Origin: a virus
Taxonomy: Duplodnaviria > Caudoviricetes
Direction: 5' to 3' (one strand)
IMG/VR virus record: IMGVR_UViG_2721755523_000003
Coordinates: 9,614-73,613 of that record
DNA length: 64,000 bases
Shown: piece after piece, positions 19,567-27,079 of the stretch
Position numbering within the stretch: position 1 is the first letter of the stretch
Layout: each line of letters opens with the position of its first letter
Translations under genes and position numbers: made by a program
The notes under the pieces: generated by a model
Databases searched by the model: none
Told to the model about the DNA's origin: nothing
The model's input: only the letters and a program-made list of their open reading frames with translations

Positions 19567-19677
19567 TGCCTGTATGGACAGGCTCTACAGAGGAGAAAGT
19601 GGCTTGCGTCGGCCCAACGCCACGCAGCGGCCTGACGGACATCAAGGCCCTGTCCCCTCTTCTCCATAGGCAAACCG

Positions 19678-19714
19678 TTCCGACGCGTTCCGAAAAATTC
19701 GGAACGCGTCGGAA
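19678..19714. repeat. Perfect 16-bp-arm palindrome, copy 2 (identical arms)
   Basis: TTCCGACGCGTTCCGA-AAAAT-TCGGAACGCGTCGGAA. Confidence 0.95.
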
Positions 19715-19867
19715 TGACTCAGCCAAGCAATACAGGGAGACTTCGATGCATGAACCAACGCACCGAACCCTCGCAAGAAAAAGCCGCCACGGCCCATGCC
19801 GGGCACGCGGCGGAAAATGCGCCAGGGGCAGCCCATAACCCAAGCACCCAGCCAATCGGAGATACCA

Positions 19868-20095
19868 ATGAGCGAACAGAACAGCATCCCGTTGAATGCA
19901 GATTCCCTGAATGCCATCGTCAATGCACTGGGCGCGCTGGTCTTCGCCACCGTGCGGCAACTGCCTGCGGACAGGCAAGAGGCCTTTGCCATCGACCTGG
20001 CACGCTTGGCACGCAACGAAGAAAGGCAGGGCAATCTCATGACGGAGACGCTGCTGCTCGACATGCACCGCGCCGCCCGGGCTGCGGCGAACTGA
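19868..20095 (+). CDS. Small hypothetical protein antisense to the early operon
   Basis: 75 aa MSEQNSIPLNADSLNAIVNALGALVFATVRQL..., GGAG RBS. Confidence 0.6.
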   Translation: MSEQNSIPLNADSLNAIVNALGALVFATVRQLPADRQEAFAIDLARLARNEERQGNLMTETLLLDMHRAARAAAN

Positions 20096-20145
20096 GCGCA
20101 GGCAACGTCAAGCGAAGGCACAAGCCTGTCGGTGAGCGCAGCCAC

Positions 20146-20385
20146 CTACTCGCCCTCGGGCAGCGCCGCGCTGGCCCGCTGGCAGCCCGCAGAGGCACTG
20201 ATGTAATCGTCCAGGCTGTCGCGCAGAAACTGCGCGTGCTCCAGCGTGATCGCCACGCGCACCGTCGGCTGGCCCGGAATATCCAGTCCCAGGCCCAGGC
20301 GCTTGCGGCCTGGACAGACGGGGGTAACGTTGCGCACGTCCGCGTCAAGGTAGATGGCGGGCAGCAGGTTTATGGGCGAAGTCAT
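20146..20385 (-). CDS. Hypothetical protein
   Basis: 79 aa MTSPINLLPAIYLDADVRNV..., coupled to upstream ORF. Confidence 0.5.
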   Translation of the reverse strand: MTSPINLLPAIYLDADVRNVTPVCPGRKRLGLGLDIPGQPTVRVAITLEHAQFLRDSLDDYISASAGCQRASAALPEGE

Positions 20386-20633
20386 CGCTTTGCACCTCCT
20401 GCAGGGTGGAACTGCCGCGTAGCGCACCACTCACGCCAGCGCTGCTCCAGTCCATCAGCCGGAACCGTGTGTACCTCGCGGATGGATACCGCGTCGAACG
20501 CTGCGGCCACCTCTCTGATGTCTGGAAAAGGGCATTCTTTGCTGAGCGCCTTCGGCGCGGCCCTGCTGACCCCAAACCATGGCAGGGCCAACGCGCCAAG
20601 CAGCAGGCGGCGGCGGGTGACGCTGTTACGCAT
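20382..20633 (-). CDS. Small protein with twin-arginine-like N-terminus
   Basis: MRNSVTRRRLLLGALALPWFG; start overlaps the cro stop. Confidence 0.5.
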   Translation of the reverse strand: MRNSVTRRRLLLGALALPWFGVSRAAPKALSKECPFPDIREVAAAFDAVSIREVHTVPADGLEQRWREWCATRQFHPAGGAKR

Positions 20634-20850
20634 GTGCAGCCCCAATCTCGGCGGTTCTGGGATTCACCAGCTCGCGCAAGCCCACCTCGCCCTGCGTCAG
20701 CACCTCTATCTGCAGCGCCTCTTCCAGGCTCACACGCCGCGTGCCACGCAGCCAGTGATTGACCTTTCCGGCGCTGACGGGGGGGTCCAGGCGCTGCCCG
20801 AAGGAAGCCATGGTGATGCCATGCACTTGAAGGTAAGTCTTGAGCTTCAT
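20626..20850 (-). CDS. cro: Cro-like HTH regulator
   Basis: 74 aa XRE/YdaS-like HTH divergent from the repressor. Confidence 0.8.
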   Translation of the reverse strand: MKLKTYLQVHGITMASFGQRLDPPVSAGKVNHWLRGTRRVSLEEALQIEVLTQGEVGLRELVNPRTAEIGAAHA

Positions 20851-20851
20851 A

Positions 20852-20881
20852 GATCCATTATGGATCAATCCACAATGGATC
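20852..20881. promoter_or_regulatory. OR-type operators (ATCCA-N3-TGGAT x2)
   Basis: GATCCATTATGGATC and ATCCACAATGGAT between cro and cI; same motif recurs at 21909 and 21933. Confidence 0.8.
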
Positions 20882-20943
20882 ACAACGAAATGGACTCCGT
20901 TTTGTGCATTCCCTCCCCGGAGACTGATTGGGACACTATCCCC

Positions 20944-21342
20944 ATGGAAACATGGACAGACAGGGCCAAGGCCCGCATGCGCGAACTTGGCGTGTCTCAG
21001 GAGCGCCTTGCAGAGCAGTTCGGCATGACCCCGGCAGGCATGCAGAAGTGGCTGGCAGGGACTCGGCAGCCCGCGTTTGAAGAAATCAACCAGATTGCGG
21101 ATCGCCTAGGTGTGCCGCGCACTTGGCTGACTTATGGCACAGACCCAAACGACTCAACAGATGGGCTCACAGATCCCGCTAAAACGGTTCTGCGCAAGCT
21201 GATCTCAATGGAAAGGGCCGGCCGGATGCCAGAAACCCTCTGGGATGCGATCGGCTTACTGGCGACCGCAGTGGCTCCGCTGCCTGACGAAACCGCCCAG
21301 GTCAAAAGTCCTGCCGAAACGAAGAACGGCACAACAAACTAG
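20944..21342 (+). CDS. cI: Prophage repressor (XRE HTH, no S24 autopeptidase domain)
   Basis: 132 aa, SQERLAEQFGMTPAGMQKWLAG HTH; too short for a RecA-cleavable C-terminal domain. Confidence 0.8.
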   Translation: METWTDRAKARMRELGVSQERLAEQFGMTPAGMQKWLAGTRQPAFEEINQIADRLGVPRTWLTYGTDPNDSTDGLTDPAKTVLRKLISMERAGRMPETLWDAIGLLATAVAPLPDETAQVKSPAETKNGTTN

Positions 21343-21410
21343 AGCGCCGCCTGGCCAAGGCAGCGCCAAGATCTATCAGTTCTCAAGACAGCCATCAGGA
21401 GGGAGTTCCG

Positions 21411-21890
21411 ATGACACAAAGTAAGCACTGCCTCAAATGCGGGGCGTCCACAGCATTCAGTGACGAGCCACCGCTTGCCTGCCCCACTTGCGGCGCGGTC
21501 TACAGCAAGGTCGAGCAGGCATGGCGAGAAGGACAACCCACCCGCCCTCAGCCGACGTCACGCTCCACCTCGACAACACGGCAACATCGGGACGCAGATC
21601 ACCACGCCTTTGCAGCCAGGCTTAGAGAAGAAAGCATCTACCCAACATTTCGTGCTGTTGTGAAGATCGCCTACTGGCTGGGAGTGGCACTGGCCGTCCT
21701 CATCGTGGTGGGCGGGATCTTCACATCGTTCAGTACAGGAGCTGGTGCTTTTATTGGAGGCATCGTTGTTGGCGCACTCGTGTTCGTCCTCGCCAAGGTA
21801 GCCAAGGAGATGAGCCTGATGCTGGCCGATCTGAGCGATGCCACCGTCAGATCCGCAGCTCAGGCAGAGGCATCACGTCAGTCAAGCTGA
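21411..21890 (+). CDS. Zinc-ribbon plus two-TM membrane protein downstream of cI
   Basis: CLKC...CPTC N-terminus and two hydrophobic helices. Confidence 0.75.
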   Translation: MTQSKHCLKCGASTAFSDEPPLACPTCGAVYSKVEQAWREGQPTRPQPTSRSTSTTRQHRDADHHAFAARLREESIYPTFRAVVKIAYWLGVALAVLIVVGGIFTSFSTGAGAFIGGIVVGALVFVLAKVAKEMSLMLADLSDATVRSAAQAEASRQSS

Positions 21891-21908
21891 GCTGACGCGC
21901 GGAATAAA

Positions 21909-21948
21909 ATCCAAAATGGATTGACACAAATAATCCAATTTGGATAAT
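21909..21948 (+). promoter_or_regulatory. PL-type sigma70 promoter overlapped by two operators
   Basis: TTGACA (21921) -16 nt- GATAAT (21943); ATCCAAAATGGAT 21909-21921 and ATCCAATTTGGAT 21933-21945. Confidence 0.8.
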
Positions 21949-21983
21949 CACCTCCAACACCCATCCCGGGTGCTGGAGGTTCC

Positions 21984-22214
21984 ATGTCCCTTGCCCCTCT
22001 TCTGGCGCTCCATGAAGCGCTGCAGGAAGCCGAGCAGTTCATCGCCGGCTTCGAAAACGATCCCCATCAAGAAACCGACATCGGCCGCCTGCTGAAGAAG
22101 CTGCGCGGCCAGCTCGACGTCACCCGCCTGGTCGTCGACGTCACGCGCGCCCAGGCTGCAGCCGATGCTGCCGGTGCCGTGCTGACGGGCGCTGAAATGC
22201 GGGGTGCGGCATGA
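21984..22214 (+). CDS. Early hypothetical protein
   Basis: 76 aa, GGAGG RBS, first gene after PL. Confidence 0.65.
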   Translation: MSLAPLLALHEALQEAEQFIAGFENDPHQETDIGRLLKKLRGQLDVTRLVVDVTRAQAAADAAGAVLTGAEMRGAA

Positions 22215-23356
22215 GCGTGCAGCCCATCCTCGATCTGGTGGCCCACCTCACGGGCGGCGCTCGCAGCCCCGACCACGACCTGCTGCTGTCATGGCTGGCC
22301 TACCCGCTGCAGCATCCCACTGGCAGATTGACCAAGGCTCTGGTGCTGCATGGGCCGCAAGGCAACGGCCAAGGCACCCTGCTGGAAACCATGGCCCGCA
22401 TCCATGGCAGCGCCTACCTCTCGCTGGGCAGTGCGCAAAGGCTGCTGGACAGCGGCAACGCAGTGCTGGCCGGCAAGCGCCTGGTGGTGTTCGACAAGGC
22501 TCCGCAGGGTGAGGCCACCCATGACGCCCTGGCGCAGCTGCTTGATTCACTCACCCTGCATATCACACGCAAGGGCCACGCCCCTCGCACCGAGCCCAAT
22601 CGCCTGAACCTGCTGTTCGCGTGCCGCGACAAGTCCACTCAGGGCTGGTCACCGGCCCGATTTCTCACCATAGAAACCGCGCCGCCGCGCGAGCCTGAGT
22701 TCTACCGCGCCCTGATCAACTGGCGGGCGACGGAGGGCCATGTGGAGTTCGCTCAGTACTTGCTCCAGTACCCCATCAGTGCCGCCTTCCTGGCCAGCTG
22801 TACGCTGGCAGAAGGCGCCGCCGCAGCGATGCCCGAGGCAGCACCCATCCGCACAGCCACGCTGGCCGAAGTGCTGGACCGCGCCAGCGCCACGATCTGG
22901 GACGCCGAGCGCACTCTGGACAGGCTCTCCGAAGGTTCTCCGCTGTGGAACCACTGGTATGGCCGCATGTGCGGTCTGTACACGCTGCTGCAGTGCTGTG
23001 GCGCCCTGCCCGTCGGGCCGTTCGGCCGCTCAGCCCATGAGCTGCAGGGCCTGCTCAAGGCTGCCCGCCCCCAGCTTCCCGGTGGCTTTGAAACCTACCC
23101 GGTCTTTGAGGCGCACCAGTGGCTCATGGAGCATGGAATTCAGGCGTCCGCTGATGAAGTCCCCCACCTGCAGCGCCACCTGGTCGCAGGGCTGATCAAG
23201 CAGAAACAGGTTGTAGAACCCGCCACTGGTGGCGTGCACCACGAACTGCTCGCCGTCAACGCTGATTTGCAAAATTCGGCCAATCCACATTCGACCAGTG
23301 TAGGGCGTTCACCGCAGGGGGAAACCACAGCCCATGGAGACCAGCCATGGAACTGA
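22211..23356 (+). CDS. Degenerate paralog of the phage D5/SF3 helicase domain fused to an unknown C-terminus
   Basis: LLLSWLAYPLQHP vs WLLCWLAYPLQHP in the helicase; Walker A GPQGNGQG (K to Q), Walker B VVFDK (E to K). Confidence 0.75.
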   Translation: MSVQPILDLVAHLTGGARSPDHDLLLSWLAYPLQHPTGRLTKALVLHGPQGNGQGTLLETMARIHGSAYLSLGSAQRLLDSGNAVLAGKRLVVFDKAPQGEATHDALAQLLDSLTLHITRKGHAPRTEPNRLNLLFACRDKSTQGWSPARFLTIETAPPREPEFYRALINWRATEGHVEFAQYLLQYPISAAFLASCTLAEGAAAAMPEAAPIRTATLAEVLDRASATIWDAERTLDRLSEGSPLWNHWYGRMCGLYTLLQCCGALPVGPFGRSAHELQGLLKAARPQLPGGFETYPVFEAHQWLMEHGIQASADEVPHLQRHLVAGLIKQKQVVEPATGGVHHELLAVNADLQNSANPHSTSVGRSPQGETTAHGDQPWN

Positions 23357-23484
23357 AAACCTTCCGCGTGCGCGTGGCCGGCCGCAGCTTCACCGGCGCC
23401 TACCTGAGCGGCGCCCTGGCCGTGGCCCTGGCGCAGTGCTTCTACCGCGTGCACAACGCATCGGCCATCAGGGTGCAGCCATGA
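23347..23484 (+). CDS. Small hypothetical protein (45 aa)
   Basis: Manual translation MELKTFRVRVAGRSFTGAYLSGALAVALAQCFYRVHNASAIRVQP; overlaps both neighbours. Confidence 0.5.
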   Translation: MELKTFRVRVAGRSFTGAYLSGALAVALAQCFYRVHNASAIRVQP

Positions 23485-23642
23485 ACACGCGCCGCATTGA
23501 ACTGGACGGCCCGCACCGCAGCCGCCTGCACCAGCGCCGCGTGCGCCGGCAACTGTGGGCCCTGGGCATCCTGGCCGCAGCGCTGATCTGCAGCCCCTGC
23601 ATCGCCCTGCTGATCCACAGCTTGGCCGGAGGCACGCCATGA
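23481..23642 (+). CDS. Small single-TM hypothetical protein
   Basis: MNTRRIELDGPHRSRLHQRRVRRQLWALGILAAALICSPCIALLIHSLAGGTP; ATGA coupling. Confidence 0.55.
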   Translation: MNTRRIELDGPHRSRLHQRRVRRQLWALGILAAALICSPCIALLIHSLAGGTP

Positions 23643-23944
23643 CCATGGAGCTGCGCATCCACGGCCAGGTCACCGCCTGCATCTGCCGCACCACGACCGA
23701 TGGCCGGCCGCTACTGGAGGTGGAGTTGAAGACGCCAGACGGCCAAGCCGTGCATGCGCGGCACATCTACCCCGACGACACCGCCGCCAGCAGCCACGCG
23801 GCCATGACGCTGGCGCGCCAGCTCAAGGGCCAGCAAGCCGAGCTGTACACCACCAATCCACGATTCACCTGGCAGCGCATGGACTGCCTGGCGCAGCACA
23901 TCCGCGCCACGTCCACGCCCTGCCCTCGCAAGGATCTCGCATGA
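23639..23944 (+). CDS. Hypothetical protein
   Basis: 101 aa from MTMELRIHGQVT; ATGA coupling. Confidence 0.55.
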   Translation: MTMELRIHGQVTACICRTTTDGRPLLEVELKTPDGQAVHARHIYPDDTAASSHAAMTLARQLKGQQAELYTTNPRFTWQRMDCLAQHIRATSTPCPRKDLA

Positions 23945-24231
23945 AACCCGCCCTGACCTCCATCGCTCACGGCAACGGCTTCGGCACACGCAGCAGCCGT
24001 GGCTCGGACCTGCAGCAGCCCACCCCCACGCCCAAGGCGCTGCGCCAACGCAGCATGCGCGAGCGCGTGGCCACGCCCGCCAACGACCTGCCCATCCGCA
24101 ACAGCACCGTCACCACTGCGGCCTACAAATTCCCCGAGCTGAATGCATCGGTCCGCCCCGGCGCCATGGACGCCTTCGCCCTGCCCAGCGTTGTCATGGG
24201 CGAGCGCATCTACCGCAAGGCACGGCCATGA
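23941..24231 (+). CDS. Hypothetical protein
   Basis: 96 aa, ends RPGAMDAFALPSVVMGERIY; coupled. Confidence 0.55.
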   Translation: MKPALTSIAHGNGFGTRSSRGSDLQQPTPTPKALRQRSMRERVATPANDLPIRNSTVTTAAYKFPELNASVRPGAMDAFALPSVVMGERIYRKARP

Positions 24232-24461
24232 CCAGCACCGCCGCATGCAAGGCCTGCACGCACTGGCTGCCTGACACCAGCGATCCGCGCATGGTGCGCC
24301 TGGGCTTCGCCCAATGCGCCAGACACCTGATGCCGGGCCGCACCTTCAACGCCGATTCGCGCTGCGACCAGTTCAGCGCCATGCCCGCCGACCAGCTCGC
24401 CGCGCGCCGTGAGGTCGCCGTGCAGCGCGTTCGCCAGCTCAAGCACAAGGAGGTGCGCTGA
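24228..24461 (+). CDS. Cys-containing hypothetical protein
   Basis: CKACTHW...GFAQCA...RCDQF; coupled. Confidence 0.55.
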   Translation: MTSTAACKACTHWLPDTSDPRMVRLGFAQCARHLMPGRTFNADSRCDQFSAMPADQLAARREVAVQRVRQLKHKEVR

Positions 24462-26398
24462 TGGCACCCAAGACCAAAGACCCACTGATCCAGCGCGAAG
24501 TGGTGATCAGCGCCGAGGCCACAGGCAAGGGTGGCAAGCCGCATCCCCAGGCCGGCCAGCGCGGCAAGGTGATCGGCAAGACGCCCGGCGGGCGGCAGTA
24601 CCAGATCGCCGTGGGCGACAGCTTGGTCAACCTGCCCATGGATGCCTTCGAGGTCGTGCAGGCCGAGCGCGAGGACAGCGCTGACGCCGGAGCGATCGTG
24701 CACCCCACGCTGCCCCTCGCCCAAATCGCGCCCAGCCGCACGAATCGCAGGGTGATCGAGGACGACGCACTCCACGACATGGCCGCCACCATGAAGCTGT
24801 ACGGCGTGCTGCAGCCCCTGCTGCTGCGCCGCCTGCCGGCCGAGCGCCTGCAGGACACCTTCGAGGACGAAGCCACGCGCCGCGCCACGCACGAAATCAT
24901 TGCGGGTGAGCGCCGGTACCGCGCCGCCCAGATCGCGGGCCTGCGCGTGGTGCCGTACATCGAGCGCGACGCGGATAACATGCACGCGCTGCTGATGCAG
25001 CTGATCGAGAACCTGCACCGCAGCGACCTCACGCCCCTGCAGGAGGCCCTGGGCGTACAGCGCCTGACCCTGGACCACGGCCTCTCGATCGACGGCGCCG
25101 CCGAGGCCCTGCACAAGAGCCGCACCCACGTCTTTGAATCGCTTCGCCTGCTCACGCTGTGCCCCGAGGCTACAGCCGCCCTGGCCGCGCGCACACTGAC
25201 GCGCAGCGTGGCCCTGCTGGTAGCCCAGCGCCCTACCGAGGCCATCCAGACCGAATACACCAAGCGCGTGCTCACGGGCGGCCCTGATGGTGGCCCCATG
25301 AGCTATCGCAACGCCCTGGACCTGGCGCGACGCAGCTACATGCTCAAGCTGGACCAAGCCCCCTTTGCACTGGACGATGCCACGCTGTGCCCGAACGCCG
25401 GCGCCTGCGCGGTCTGCCCCAAGCACACCGGCGCGTCGCCCGAACTGTGGGACAAGAACGATGCAGACGTCTGTACCGACACCGCCTGCTTCGCAGAAAA
25501 GAAGGACGCCCACTTCGACCGCATGAAGGCCCAGGCCCAGCAGCGCGGCCAGCAGATCATCACCGGCCGCCAGGCGCGCGACATCATGCCCAGCGAGAAC
25601 GGCGCACCACGCGGCTACCTGCTGCTGGACAAGCCCAGCCAGGGCAGCAGCGCGCCCGTGCGCCAGGTGCTGGGCCAGGACGTGCCGGCGGCCAGCGTCG
25701 TGCTGATCGAGGCGCCCAGCGGCAACCTGGTGGAAGCCGTGCCCACGCACACCGCCAGCGCGGCGGTGAAGGTCAAGGGCGAGCGCCAGGCGGCTGCCAA
25801 GGCCCAGGCCGAGCCCACGCGGGAAGCGCTGCAGCGCGAGTACGAAATGCGCTGGCGCGAGCGCGCGGCCGAGGCAACGATCGACGGGCTCCTGCGACTT
25901 CCCCCTGCGGATCTGGACCACATGCCCAGCCGCGCGGCCCTGCTGATCCTCAAGCTGCTGGCCGAAGGCGTGCCCACCCAGCACCTCCACCGCATGTTCC
26001 AGATCGACGGCAACGACAGCCGCGCAGACCTGGACCTACAGAGCGCACTGGAGGATCTGGCCGAGCAGGATCTGCAAGCGCAAATCCAGTACATGCTGAT
26101 GATGGCCTGCACGCACGACCTACACACGGCCACTCCTATCTTCGACGAGATGGTGGACCTATCCGGCGTGGATCTCGACTCGATCCAGGGCGAGGTGCAA
26201 GACGCGATGAAAGCCGAGGCCGCAGCGCGCGCCGGCAAGGCAGCACCCTCAGACAAGGCCACGCCCAAGCTCAAGAAGGGCAAGGCCACGGCCGCAGAGG
26301 CCAGCCGCGCAATCGCCGACGCAATGGCCGCCGCAGAGGTATCCATCCCCAACGCCATCGGGCCGCTGCAGCAGGTAAGCACCCGCGCGGAAATCTAA
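24461..26398 (+). CDS. ParB/Spo0J-family protein with HTH and Cys cluster
   Basis: YGVLQPLLLR, EIIAGERRYRAA, ENLHRSDL, CPNAGACAVCPK...CTDTACF. Confidence 0.85.
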   Translation: MAPKTKDPLIQREVVISAEATGKGGKPHPQAGQRGKVIGKTPGGRQYQIAVGDSLVNLPMDAFEVVQAEREDSADAGAIVHPTLPLAQIAPSRTNRRVIEDDALHDMAATMKLYGVLQPLLLRRLPAERLQDTFEDEATRRATHEIIAGERRYRAAQIAGLRVVPYIERDADNMHALLMQLIENLHRSDLTPLQEALGVQRLTLDHGLSIDGAAEALHKSRTHVFESLRLLTLCPEATAALAARTLTRSVALLVAQRPTEAIQTEYTKRVLTGGPDGGPMSYRNALDLARRSYMLKLDQAPFALDDATLCPNAGACAVCPKHTGASPELWDKNDADVCTDTACFAEKKDAHFDRMKAQAQQRGQQIITGRQARDIMPSENGAPRGYLLLDKPSQGSSAPVRQVLGQDVPAASVVLIEAPSGNLVEAVPTHTASAAVKVKGERQAAAKAQAEPTREALQREYEMRWRERAAEATIDGLLRLPPADLDHMPSRAALLILKLLAEGVPTQHLHRMFQIDGNDSRADLDLQSALEDLAEQDLQAQIQYMLMMACTHDLHTATPIFDEMVDLSGVDLDSIQGEVQDAMKAEAAARAGKAAPSDKATPKLKKGKATAAEASRAIADAMAAAEVSIPNAIGPLQQVSTRAEI

Positions 26399-26560
26399 AA
26401 AAGTCTGCCCTTCAATAAAAATTCTATCGCCAAATTCAATTTAACAAAACTACAGCAGCCTCCATAACTTTCTTACCACATAAACAATTTCTTCAAAAAT
26501 CCTCTTTTAAACACCAGAAAAACAAATAGGACCTAAAGATCCATATATTTGGAGAACACT

Positions 26561-26947
26561 ATGAATAAAGCGCAAACAGAAATATTAACCGTCTCCGATC
26601 TGGCAGAAATATTAAACTGCGACGCAGAAACTGTTGCAACACGTCTTATTAGCGGTGATCTACCAGGTACAAAGATTGGCCGCGGCTGGATAATACCCAC
26701 TCAAGCACTTCTCGAACGTTTGAATGAAAAGGCACTTGATGAATCGGCCGAACGTCGGCAAGAAAGAGATATAACCCAATATACGTTGAGCACCGAAATA
26801 ATAAAAAAACCCAAAAATAGATACTCGAAAAATCCAGGGATAACAAAAAACAGTTCAATACTAACAAGTAATGAGACCAACCGAGGGAAAAAACGTCGCG
26901 AACCACCGCCTCTCCCAAGGTTGGAATCAATAGTAATTACCAATTAA
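26561..26947 (+). CDS. Excisionase-like HTH (HTH_17) protein
   Basis: LTVSDLAEILNCDAETV...LPGTKIGRGWII; GGAG RBS; AT-rich. Confidence 0.75.
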   Translation: MNKAQTEILTVSDLAEILNCDAETVATRLISGDLPGTKIGRGWIIPTQALLERLNEKALDESAERRQERDITQYTLSTEIIKKPKNRYSKNPGITKNSSILTSNETNRGKKRREPPPLPRLESIVITN

Positions 26948-27079
26948 AAAATGCAAGAGGAAATTTCCCGATCTGTGGCTGCTTATCAAGATTACAGAAT
27001 CCACAAATAATGCAGCAATTCCACCTTAAAATATTCCCCAAAATATCAGAAATTAATGCAATTGCAATTTACTTGAAAT

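Noticed and set aside
19570-19581. CTGTATGGACAG as an SOS box in the left prophage
   Set aside because: Spacing is N4, not N8.
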